Source: Catajapyx aquilonaris (lineage: Eukaryota). Taken from it: a DNA stretch of 64,000 nt. Below, one piece after another: positions 53,086 to 64,000 of this stretch (positions are counted from its first letter, which is position 1; the number at the start of each line of letters is the position of its first letter). Both the position numbers and the translations under genes were made by a program. Where the stretch lies: assembly GCA_000934665.2 (NCBI GenBank), contig KZ538384.1, forward strand, positions 1 through 64,000, read 5' to 3'. The notes beneath the pieces are model-generated. The model had not been told where the DNA came from. It saw nothing but the letters and a program-made list of their open reading frames with translations, and made no database searches.

Positions 53086-54936
53086 ATGGACAGCAGGTGG
53101 TGCACACTCGTGCTCTTGGCATGGATTGCTTCAGTTCATGGTGAGTTCAATGTGCGAATAACCAAGCATTTGTCCTTATCGGGTGTATATGCATATGTGG
53201 GCCATCTATATATGTCCGGTCTGGCTTGAATGTCAAGGACGTTGTTTCCTGCAATTTTCATGTCCGTTGAGGTGTACAGATGATCTAGACCTTGGACTGT
53301 CCTCGGGTGATAAACTATGTGAAACTATTTTGTTGTGACGCGACGAGGCTTGGACGTTGGTCAGTACGTGGAAATGCTCATAAACAACTGCAGAAAGAAA
53401 GTGCAGATATGATCACAAAGTCGAGGCTCACTGCTCATGAGTGATGAGGCAATTATCAAGCTGTAAAAATTTAGTGTAAAACCATTTGGAACGTGTCCCT
53501 GGTACACAAATTATGGTTAAAATAAAAAGCAACAAAGGAAAATCCGCCTTTGCTCTTTTTTTTTTTCCTGCTACGTGCAGCCTTTTCTCCAATGCCATGG
53601 CCAACCCAAGGTCTGGGAAGCACCCCGTTAATTAATTTTTTAGCCGCAAAAACACCAAAATCGGCCAATTTATTACAGCCCAGCTTTCTTTTGAGTGGGA
53701 CTGTTAAGGAAATGATGCGGCGTAACATGTCAGTTTGTACACATTTTTATGACAGTTTCAATGTCACCTCCAGCACGACTTGGCCAAGTTTAGGCAAACA
53801 TTTTTTGGGAGCTATTACGTGACGTTGCCTTGACACATACTGTGTATATTATGTACGCCCTTAGCCCCATCTTGGTATTACAAGGTTCCTTTTGTTTCAT
53901 TTTAAAAAATGGCAGGTCAGGCGGATGTGAACGAAATGTGCCTGGGATGCATGTGCGATGCTTCAAGCAGCTGTAACACGACCATGTCTTGTTTCATCAC
54001 TGGGGGTGTCGAACTCTGCGGGCCTTTCCTCATCTCCAGGCCATACTGGATGGATGCGGGAAAGCCGGTTCTCCCGAGGGATAACCCCAACAGGGAAGGA
54101 GGTAATCTTATATCAATCTTATCGATGCAATGAAATGCAAGGTAGTAATTCCATTGTGTTTTCCAGCCTTCAAAGACTGCGTCATTGATCCTTACTGTGC
54201 TGCGGCGACTATTCGCGGATACATGGGAAAATATCAACGCGTAAGTGCATAACCATCATATTCAAGGGGAATTTCCTATACACATTATACCCGAAAATGT
54301 ATATGAATGAGTCACTCAGCCTGTGGCATTTGGCTGTTACACCGGTTTTCCCCTTTTGGGAAAGACTTATTCTGACAGTACATCACAAATCGTATGCTCA
54401 AAAGCGCAAAAAAAGCTCGGAATATTCCTGGAGTGTTTGTCATCAGTGACGTGCTATGTGTTACGCATTCACATTTAATGGGGCAGCTGATGTCACATTC
54501 AAGGTTTCCTTAATTTGCAATTTTAGTGCAGACTACATGGGATTTATGGGCTACGCTTTCGTATCGGGAGACCGACTCTGTGTATCCGCTGGGAATGGGG
54601 TAGGTTGGTGCAGCGTGCCCCTACCACTGCCACATTCGGTCTCCCATTACGAAAGTCCTTCCGATTTATATGTCGAGCCGGATTTAACTTAAGAAATTAA
54701 TTAACAAAAATTGATTTTGACAGGATTGTAACGGCGACAGGATAATAGACTGCGAAGACTTTGCCCGGATTCATCTGATGGGTGCTTTTGGATGCAGCTC
54801 GGCCCCGATCCAGTCTCCGTACCTGCAGGCATTCATCGAGTGCAAGAAGTCCGTGGAGTTGCTGTCTCCTCACAACCCGTCAATTGACAACTTCCCCAAC
54901 CCAGGCCTCGACATCAGGGTTGAGGGCCAGAAATAA
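53086..54936 (+). CDS. i-type (destabilase-family) lysozyme-like secreted protein A, 175 aa, 4 exons
   Basis: Exons 53086-53140 (signal peptide MDSRWCTLVLLAWIASVHG), 53916-54101, 54167-54240, 54724-54936. Motifs CLGCMCDASSSC, CGPFLISRPYWMDAGKP, CVIDPYCAAATIRGYM, DCNGD..IDCEDFARIH. AATAAA at 55139-55144. Confidence 0.92.
54266..54353. promoter_or_regulatory. Candidate immune-responsive intronic enhancer (NF-kB and AP-1 sites)
   Basis: GGGGAATTTCC at 54266-54276, TGAGTCA at 54308-54314 and GGTTTTCCCC (GGGGAAAACC on minus) at 54344-54353, all in intron 3 of lysozyme A. Confidence 0.4.
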
Positions 54937-55908
54937 TGTAACGCGTCGGTACACACCACGCCGATGCCCTCACCTGCTCACCTTTTAATGACCTAACAAA
55001 AAAAAAGACACCGAGGGCACCGGACGTTTAAGAAAAAAAAAAGAGTTGTACGAAAGGAGACAAAATTGTGCATTTATACGAGACCAATGTTTAGCTTATT
55101 ATTTATATGATCTGTTTCTTTGTGTTATGCCGGATATAAATAAAACTAGAGTGGCTTCTAAGAATGTTGTCGTGACTGGTGTGGTAATTGGCATGCATCA
55201 CTGAACTATGACGTCAGATCTTTCACCTCCGCCCGGTATGACGTCGAGAGGTACTGTAGGTGGTGTCGAAGGTTCTCAAGGACCATCTCAGGGCAACGTT
55301 GTGAATCATGTCATTCATGAAGGGTGGGCAGCAGAGAAAGTGTTCTCAGAATAAAGAGATTGTATCGCAACTGGTGCAGGTACCGGCTTGGTACCAATCC
55401 GGTATTAAAATACTACGAACAGCACGTGGAAGTCGGATGTTACGCAACATTGGAATTTTTTTTGGTCCATGTGTAGGTGGCTGAAACCATGAACCGTACA
55501 CCTTTTAGGCCTTTGCATTGTATACAAAAATTATTGAACGCAGTTTACGTCTGAAATAATTGCAACATCATCACATCCTACTTACTAGTCATATTATTGC
55601 ACTGAATATGCTCCTGTAATGAGCAAATGATAAGAGTAACAACCCAGGACCAAAGTGGCTATTATTTTCACTCCAGCCAGTTAAGGCAGTCCTATAGTGC
55701 GATGTGGATAACCACAATCAAGATTATAGACGTGTGCAGCATCCGTCGCTTGGGGGCAAAACGCGCAGCGGCCGTGGGTAGGTGGGACAGAAGACCTTCA
55801 AGGAGAAATTGTGTGGACCTATGTGAATCCGCTGCACTCGGGCCACAACCTCATAGCAGCCGGACCTGTCTTTTTTCCTTTCCTCCAGAAGCAGCATCAG
55901 ACATCGTG

Positions 55909-57452
55909 ATGGGCAGCAGCCAGAAAGGAGTGGCCCTCGTGGCTCTGATTGCAGCCTTGGCTACTCTCTCCCTATTTGCATCCACTTCAGGTAGGTGCAA
56001 ATCAAGTTGCATGGGATGCACCATGCGATGTTTACAAGTTTGATTTAAATTTAGACTGTGTACTGTACAGAGATAATAAGTTATCCTTGAGTGTAACGTC
56101 CACTTGAAGACATAAGTGATGTTACAGGAGTGTACGGAAGTTTGTGCCGGATGACTCAATATAATGTTTGTTTTCCTATATATACAGTACGTAGATTTGC
56201 TCGAAATAATTACTATATTGAATTGTCACAAAACGTATTAATGTCACATATTGGGTACATAATCGATTGCTATAAAAGACAATGGGTGTCCTTCACTTAT
56301 TCGTAGAGTTCCACTTAATTACATCAGTGGAAACGAGGCGTGATCATCAATTTGTTATGACGTCACGCGCACAGGTCACCTTCCATAAATCACTCGGAAA
56401 ATACACTCTGAATTCCTGGTACTGTAATTACCGGCGCAGATAAGTCAAGAATGACCGCATCTTACTCGTCACAAGCTCATTTTCAGAGTAAAAGACCTTC
56501 TAACTTGCGAAAACAAGGGTCTGATGAGGAATGATTACGATCATCAAGTGTCTGCCTTCCATCAAGGTGAATGAGCTTTAGATGGACGTTAAACGATCCT
56601 CCTGAGTGCGTTTAAACGACGTGACTATACCCCCCAGACAAACGGGATGCAAATTCATCACGACTTTTCATGAACGGATATGTCAATTATACTTTTTTTT
56701 AAAATATATTTACAGGTCAAGAACCTGATGTGCCTGACTTTTGCCTTGGATGCATATGCCATGCCAGCACCAACTGCAATAGGAGCACATCCTGCTCTGG
56801 AGACTTCTGCGGACCATTCTTGATTTCGTGGGCTTATTGGGCGGATGCTGGGAAGTTTGTATTGGCCGGTGACCATCCTGATGGACCAGCAGGTACAATG
56901 CATTAATAAGCAAAAAAGACCTTGAGTTGCTAAACTATTGTAATGTACTTTCCAGCATATGTGAACTGTGTGACCAGCTTTGAGTGTGCCACGGAGACCA
57001 TCAGAGCTTACATGAACAAATACAAGCAGGTACGTTACCAGTATGTAAATGTCTGGAATTGACATGTTGATGGGAGGGGAATGGACTCCAAGGTTTGGAA
57101 TGGGAAAAAAATTGTCCTGTTAAAGAGCTGGCTGACCCTGACCCAGAGGACATACGTGTGAATATTTTGGAGGGCAACGAACGTGTGTGGGTAGAAAGGG
57201 ATATAAAGGCCTTGATGAGGAGAGCATTGAAATCTGCTTTGCAAATTCAGGTTCAAGATCAAGCCAAGAGGCAATGTGGTATAATGTAATCTTGTTCTGC
57301 AGGATTGCAACGGTGATGGTGTGGTCAACTGTGACGATTATGCTCGGATTCACAAACAAGGTGGATATGGATGCAAAGGCCCAGGAGTGGATCAGACAAA
57401 GTACTGGAGCAAATTCCTGAGATGCATCAGCACCGTTGGCACCGGCAAATAG
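55909..57452 (+). CDS. i-type lysozyme-like secreted protein B, 160 aa, 4 exons
   Basis: Exons 55909-55990 (signal peptide), 56716-56892, 56956-57029, 57303-57452. Motifs CLGCICHASTNCN, CGPFLISWAYWADAGK, CATETIRAYMNKY, DCNGDGVVNCDDYARIHKQGGYGC. AATAAA at 57591-57596. The coding exons 2-4 are missed by the ORF track. Confidence 0.92.
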
Positions 57453-57754
57453 ACAACGTCCTTGAGATTTCAACTCGTTTATACATTTTGATGTGTTCAA
57501 TTTTTTGACTCGTTGAGAAATAATAATATTTTAACTGCCCAACTTTTACAACCAAGCATTTTTGTATGTCATAACATACGTATATATACAAATAAACTAA
57601 ATCCCAGCAACTTGCTTATTGACCCACAACCTGAAATGCAAAAACACGCTAGGTGATAAGCACAGGCACATATTGTGATAAAGGCTTCCATTTCCTCCCT
57701 TAACCACAGCCAACATATTTTCCCCACTAGTTGTACGGTCACACAAACATCGTC

Positions 57755-58566
57755 ATGCATTTGCTAGTGGATCAAGGTGCAATAATAGTGCTGCTTTTCA
57801 TTTCAAAGGCATGTAAGTAAATTAACACAAATCCTGTGAAGATCATAATATCAACATATTCTCCTAAGCAGCATCCCAGCAGAAGAAAGTTATATCAGAT
57901 GTAAGTGATTACTGTTTACAATGCATTGCAAGGGCTAGCAACACCGAGAATAACAACAATTGTTTTGTGGATGAAGACTCGGGAGAAACATGTGGCATCC
58001 ATGGAGTAACTTATGATTTTTGGAAAGATGCTGGAAACTTCACAGTGGACGGCTCTCAGTCTTCAGGATCAAGAGAAGGTATCATACAAAATGGTTACCA
58101 GTCTCATCCATTCCAAATGGTTAGTCACACTTGCACGTTAGATTTCAGAAATTGTGGCCTGGCCAGTGAGTGCTCCGCAAAAACGGTCCGTGCATACATG
58201 GGACAATTCTACAGGGTAGGTGAATTTCAATGGTGACCAATAATGCGCAGAAGCTATTACAACAAACGATTTGGCAATTGTGCACCACTTTATCCAAGTA
58301 GTCTATGATTCTACACACTGCTTGCCTGAACATTAACTGACTGTCACGTGAATGTCATGAAGCTCTTGTTTGACATTTTCTAGGACTGCAACGGTGACGG
58401 GATGGTCACATGCGAGGATTTTGACCGTATACACTACAAAGGGCCCCACAGCTGCATTGGAGATGATTATGAAGACACGTCACACTACTTCACCTTCATT
58501 CACTGTTTAAATGAGGTTCCTCTTATCTGCAGTGATGTTGATTACTGTATCTCCCAGGAAGTTTAG
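57755..58566 (+). CDS. Divergent i-type lysozyme-like secreted protein C, ~174 aa, 4 exons
   Basis: Exons 57755-57812, 57869 (or 57872, NAGNAG acceptor)-58078, 58142-58215, 58384-58566. Same intron phases (1,1,0) and the same 74-nt third exon as A and B. Motifs CLQCIARAS, CGIHGVTYDFWKDAG, CSAKTVRAYMGQF, DCNGDGMVTCEDFDRIHYKGPHSC. Confidence 0.85.
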
Positions 58567-58694
58567 ATGATTTAAAAAACTTGTGCTCAAACATATTTTT
58601 ATTTCCATTCAAGAATGTCATGCATCAAAAAATACATAATACATAAATAAAATTTAACCTTTTAAATGCTGATTTCCATGTCATTGAAATATTC

Positions 58695-61600
58695 TCAAAG
58701 TTGCACTCTACCTTCTCCTCTCATCATGGCCTGCTCTGCCAAGGGTACCCTCTCTTCCAGTCTTCTGGCCTCCTCTGCACCTAACTTGGACTTGTTTTTA
58801 AGTAAGAAATGATGCATGAAAAGCTTGAGTCCCTCTCTCATCATGCGCAAATTGGACGAGTGAGAAGCTCTCAGGAACACTTCTTTGCAGGTGTCCTCAG
58901 ACTCGTGCAAGAGGATTCCCAACATGATCTGCCTCAAGAAGCGGACCATTGTTTTGCTTATCTCTGCAAACTGGATTACCTAGAAACAGGAAAAAAATGA
59001 TGTTGCAATTATATTTATATCAACTCAGATCCATGCAAATTGAAACACTAACCTTAAGTACAGACAGAGGCAGTGCCTTTTCAACAAACAGGTGAGTCAA
59101 GAGATGCCCCAAGTTGGAGCGCTGATTAGGGCTGATGCTGTCCATTTCTTTTAGTTTGTCCCATAAACTGAATTGAAGTGTCAGCTGAAATTGCAGAAAA
59201 TCGAATTCCAAAATAATGACTAATATTGTTTTTACAACTACAGAATTTTGCATTCCCTTGAAAATGCAACCACCTAATTACAAACACCTAATCAGATTCA
59301 AATTAGGTTTCAGAATATCACAAACACCCAGGCATAATGAAGAAGTTGGTAACCAGTTGTTCTGTTTATGCCATATGCAATACAGACAAGCCAGGTGGGT
59401 GTTAGACACGAACTGCTAATGCCTACTTTGCCATTAATCTTTTAGTAGGTCAATATCCTAAGTTTTTCATTTCTGTTGCAACCATAAATACTAAATCCTT
59501 GATTATTTTCTAAGTGTATTCCTTACCTGATATTTTCGATCTGATGTACAAAACTGCTGTGCTAGGAATGAGTAATATGGGTTACTTGTCTTCTCCTGCA
59601 AGCAGCAATCTAATATGACATGTATGATCGCTCTTTCCTGCTCATTTTTCAATCCAAGCCGCAGGAGTTTTTCAAAAGCATCCATGTAATCTTCAGCTGA
59701 CATTATAATGCAGAAAATGTTTTTTCTTGCATCAGTATTCATCCTCTGTTGCCTGGCCAACTCCATAAGTTTCTGGTCTTCCTTGGCCACCTTCTTCTCC
59801 CCTTCCTTTGACTTCTGTATCCCACTCTCGGCTGATTCCCCAGGAAGCATACCTGTCCACGCCGACCCAACTATCCACCATCGGCCTCGCTCACTGGCTT
59901 TGACCAAGTCAGCAAGACTTATCTTCAGCTGGCTAACATAACACCCTTTGCGCACAAACTGCTTCATAAGCTTCTTCAAGTGTTCCACATATGTGGGGTC
60001 ATAGTTTGGGATCTTATGCATGTTGTTGTTCTTGATGGCAGACAGGATGTCCAGAAGGAAGCGGACACGAGACCTGTAACATAAATTCATGCTTCACTGA
60101 ATTTCTCAAAATACAATTATAATTCTCATGCCATATTACTCTTAGTATATTTTTAGCTCATACGTGCAGATAGTTCCCATTTTTAAACTTTTAACATTAA
60201 TGAACTTTTCAGATCCTAACCCCATCATAAAACTGGGGCTATCAGAATAAATATTTCAGTACTGACTTCTACAGTACATGCATATCATTTGTCAGTCAAC
60301 ATACTTGTCTTCTGTGTCTGTAATTGTGCCAGCCTTCTGTTGGAGTTGAAGAATTGTTTCCTTCAGAGTCACAGCATCGTCTTTCCTCAGACAAAACCCA
60401 ACACTCCTCAGCACCAAGAGGATCAAGTCCAGATCCTTCTCCCCAAAACGCTCGCCCAACTTCTTTAGTATGTCAAACACCAGGCAGCTGTGCACTACCC
60501 CAAAGTTATACACATGGCAGAGAAGAAGAATAATGCTGTCAAGATCTCGTGCTCCTTTGTTGTCCGTATCAGTACTCCACTGCTTATCAAGCTCCTCAGC
60601 AACAGTCTGAAGAAAATGTGCACCTGAAACATGCCATTTTCGTCAGTTTCAAAACTGTAGCTTAATTTAACATGTGACTCACCAATTTCGCTTCCAACAT
60701 TCGCATGGAGAATGGCAACAAGCAGTGCGTGCTCAATTATGAACCTCTCAGGTGTAAAAACTGGATTCACAAGATCCAACATCAATCCTGTCAAAAGGGT
60801 GTTCATCATGTTCTGGCTGTGTTCACGATACAATTCTTCCACCTGCAACATTAACGTAATTCAGTCTTTACATTCGTGACGGCTGGCTAAATACTAAAAC
60901 CAATGCCTTACCTGAACTGCAATGCTGTGCATGTTGCTTTCAGACATCCTGTTTAACAGGCCTCGTAAATTTTGCTGCAATTTCCTGGTCTCCTCCATCT
61001 TCTTGGCATCTGGTGTTGCCGGCAGGTTGCGTTTGGCAGGGGGAACATAAGCACCTCCAGCAGACATTGATGACTTAATAACATTTCCATCTTTGTCTCG
61101 GAGACGTCCATAAATATCCTCCCAGGCGGAACTATTTTCAGCAGTTTCTGAGTCTGAAGCACTATCTTGCTCATCATCATCACTGCTGGTCTTTCGCTTC
61201 ACTCCTTTACTGGCTTCTGATTTCTCCTCTTCCTCAGACATTTTGGTTTCCTCTGCAGCCTCATCCTCAAACCGAACTCGTTTCTTTGGCTTCGTTAATT
61301 TTGCTGGAGGCTCAGCCACATGTTCATCCTCTCCATCTTCATCTTCATCACTTCCAATATTATCATCATCTGTACTTTCACTATCTTCGTCATCCTCATC
61401 ATTCTCCATGTTGTCATCCTCATCACTCACAACGTCTTCATCACTTTCCGGCATATCTGAGAAATCCTCATCTTAAAATAAGTACAAAAGAAAACTTAAC
61501 TACATATTATACCTCAGTGGAAAACCTTGTAAGGGTTGGAAAGCCTATTTCAAAAAACACTATTAATCCAGTGTTGATATGTCTTGTTGATGCCTTTCTA

Positions 61601-63054
61601 GTCTCTATGAGTTTCATGAAAATCACTGCCTCTCTAGCAATAAGTTATCGCAGAATTCAAGCGAGAGCTATCACTGATTTATGCTAACTGGCATAACTGA
61701 TTTGTTTAATTCTAATCGAAAATTGCAGATATGATCCAAAGCCCTCTTTCCTCTTCAAGATGAGGTTTCACAAAGTACCCAAATTATTGCAGGATTCTAA
61801 TACAATAAATGCTTTTGAAGCAGGATTATAAGAGTGTCCCAGCTCCCAGGGATATGTTAAGGTCAAAATTGGTCAAGAAAAATGGTGAGTTATGAAAGTG
61901 ATTTCATTGAAAATGATGTCTAACTATTACCAGCACTTCGAGAACAATTAAAAATTGTGCAAATGCTAAAACCAACTCGGAAAACTCTTAGACTCATGCA
62001 GATAGCTCACCTTCTTCTTTACACTGTTCTTTATTCTTCACATCTCCCTTTGTAGCCTTCATATCCCCCACATCATCCTCAAAGTCCGAGTCACTTGCAT
62101 CCTCACCCCATCCTGGTGCAGCAGCAATGTCTTTCATCCTTTCTGAATCACAAGCTTCAAGTAGAACTTATGAGATAGTTAAGGCAAAAAGAATATATTA
62201 ATGTAATAAGCTTAATTGTGAAACACATGGTACTTTGAAGGGTTAGTAGTTTACAGTAGTCTAAATTGATTTAAAAGTGTTGCGGCTAGCTTATGTTTTT
62301 TTTTTTTTTTGAGAATATGATTCTCTGGATTGGAAATTGCACACTAATTGTACACTCTTTACAGCTATTAACCTCCATAAAAAGGATACAGTCAAGTCCA
62401 TCAAACGCAAATGATTTGGGAATAGTGTTCTTCTTCTTCCGTTTGTTGAGATGAAGTTTCTTTTCCAGCTGCTTGATAACCTTGTCCTCATCCTTGTTTT
62501 CCTTTCTCATCATCTTCAGTCTCTGAACAGTCATCTCTTCCTCCAGCTTCTTCCTCTTCTTCTCTTCCTTCTCTTTCTCCATCTTTTGCTCTTCCATAAT
62601 AGTCAAATTCTTCTTCTCTTTGACCTCCACCTTCTTGTTCTTTTTCTTCTTCTTCTTCGGCTCACTCTCTGGGCTCTTCTTTGCATCCTTCTGTACCTGC
62701 ATAATATTAAAAATTGTACCGATTGCTCCACATTTACCACGCCTATTGTAACGCTGGATGCACCTGCTCCGTCGGCTGTTTGAGAGTGGACTTCTCAGGC
62801 TGCTTGTCTCCCGCAGGATCCTCTGTTGTTCCCAGCCCCAGCACCCTGGTCCTCCTCTGCACGTAGCTGTCGTTGATGGCCACCTTCCTCATCTTCCTCT
62901 TCTCCTTCCTCAGCTCCTTCCTGGTCTTGGGCCTCTTCCCGAAGCATCCCCTCGCCTGCTGCTGCTGCCGCCTTCCCTTGCCCTTCCTGGCCTGCTCACC
63001 TTTCTTCCTCTTCTCCCCAATCTCCAGAGAGTACGGTCCAACCTTCACCTTCAT
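58695..63054 (-). CDS. NOM1: Nucleolar MIF4G domain-containing protein 1 (MIF4G + MA3; Sgd1 homologue), ~918 aa, 9 exons
   Basis: Exons 63054-62764, 62696-62390, 62166-62011, 61471-60912, 60842-60683, 60623-60305, 60073-59527, 59184-59053, 58979-58695 with consistent phases. Motifs KSFAFDGLD, WEDIYGR, YVPP, LRGLLNRMSE, RVRFLLD, GRWWIVGSAW, ARQQRMNTD.RK.IFC.IMS.EDY.DAFEKL, QFSLWD. The start could alternatively be the in-frame ATG at 63207. Confidence 0.9.
62167..62389 (-). other. U12-type (minor spliceosome) GT-AG intron, NOM1 intron 2
   Basis: 5' splice site GTATCCTTTT; branch sequence TTTTGCCTTAAC (GCCTTAAC at 62185-62178) ending 11 nt before the exon boundary; no polypyrimidine tract after the branch site. 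Splicing restores the frame DGLD-F-LLEAC. Confidence 0.9.
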
Positions 63055-64000
63055 CTCAAACACGACAGAGGAACTTCCAAGTGTTAATCGAACCAAGAGC
63101 ACATGCCATTTACTTGGGAATGGGAAACGTGACTCAAATGGCTTCTCTCCGGTTGAACTTTCAAGTGGCCGAGAGTTGGCGCCACCTGAGTCGCACTGTG
63201 CTGCCATCTGCTCTCATTGCATTAAATTTACATAATAGTAAAAATAATAATTAAAAATAATTCGGCAAGAAAAAAAAGTAGCCATACAATAAAAAAAGGG
63301 GTATGAAAATATAATAACAAAATCATTTTGTACATTTTTAATGTGATATTAGAATGTTTTCACATGCTTTCAGACATTTCCATTAAATCTTACTTTTTTT
63401 TTTTTTTAAGACTTGGAAATGCAAATGTTTTGTACATAAAAGAAGGACCGGGGGAAAACGTCAGCATACAAACAAAAAAATTTAAATTGAGAGTCACAGC
63501 TAGCAAAATACTTTGGACATGTTCACACGACTTATTATTCACACACATTTGTTATCATGGCATGCTTTCATTTTTTTTCCCCCCTTGCTGCTGAACATTT
63601 CCCAATTAGCACCTCGTTGCAATCTGGGGCAAGATTGCTTACAGAAGTGGGGGGTAAAAGAACAAATTCAACTGTAAACTAAACACTTACAAATTCAAAG
63701 TTAACCCTCGGTAAACTTATTCAAAATAATACTACCGTTAACTATTGCAACAGTTGGTAGTAAAATGTTAAGATCCCCTTTCCAAAAAAAAAAAAAAGTG
63801 CTAAAATGCTGCAAGGCTTCTTCTTCTAGAAAGGGTACATGGGGAGCGGCAGATAAATAAAAGTTTTTGGCTTGTTATTGCCATTTTAAAAATATTGTGG
63901 GTGATTCCTCTAACTGTCTAGGTGATCTGTTCTGTCCAGAGAGTCGAGTGTGTCACTTGAACTGGAATGAGTCAAGTCACACAACTCATCCAGATGCTTC

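Noticed and set aside
63055..63207. N-terminal extension of NOM1 from the ATG at 63207
   Set aside because: The extra 51 codons look promoter/UTR-like and unlike the rest of the protein; not excluded, but 63054 is preferred.
62451..63235. Leu/Phe-rich plus-strand ORFs that look like membrane proteins
   Set aside because: Antisense of Lys/Glu/Arg-rich NOM1 exons 1-2.
63946..63987. Imperfect 15-bp hairpin at the window end
   Set aside because: Too short for a pre-miRNA as seen and truncated by the window edge.
1..64000. Prokaryotic-type systems (CRISPR arrays, operons, rRNA)
   Set aside because: The sequence is intron-containing animal DNA; no repeat-spacer array or rRNA-like sequence was seen.

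Overview
Eukaryotic genomic DNA from an arthropod (inferred from arthropod-type i-type lysozymes and many short 56-80 bp introns). It has two N gaps flanked by poly-G (24319-24380, 51515-51545). I reconstructed eight spliced protein-coding genes by hand with consistent splice phases. The gene-poor left 45 kb holds a 2-exon orphan coiled-coil gene (-) and a membrane-anchor/coiled-coil/RING-HC gene (+) whose first coding intron is 25 kb. The compact right 18 kb holds NDUFS1 (-) head-to-head with eEF1B-alpha/EF-1-beta (+), three tandem i-type lysozyme paralogues (+) that all lack the catalytic Glu, and NOM1 (-). Most notable: (1) eEF1B intron 3 reads through in frame into a 62-aa tail with two hydrophobic helices and has its own alternative donor, suggesting a membrane-anchored, GEF-dead isoform; (2) a U12-type intron in NOM1; (3) a 111-bp hAT hairpin-dimer element with a perfect 8-bp TSD nested in a pogo/Tigger-like MITE in an NDUFS1 intron; (4) a long hairpin plus kB/AP-1 sites in a lysozyme intron; (5) a possible unannotated spliced minus-strand transcript at about 42.7-45.1 kb. 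No database searches or folding computations were run.
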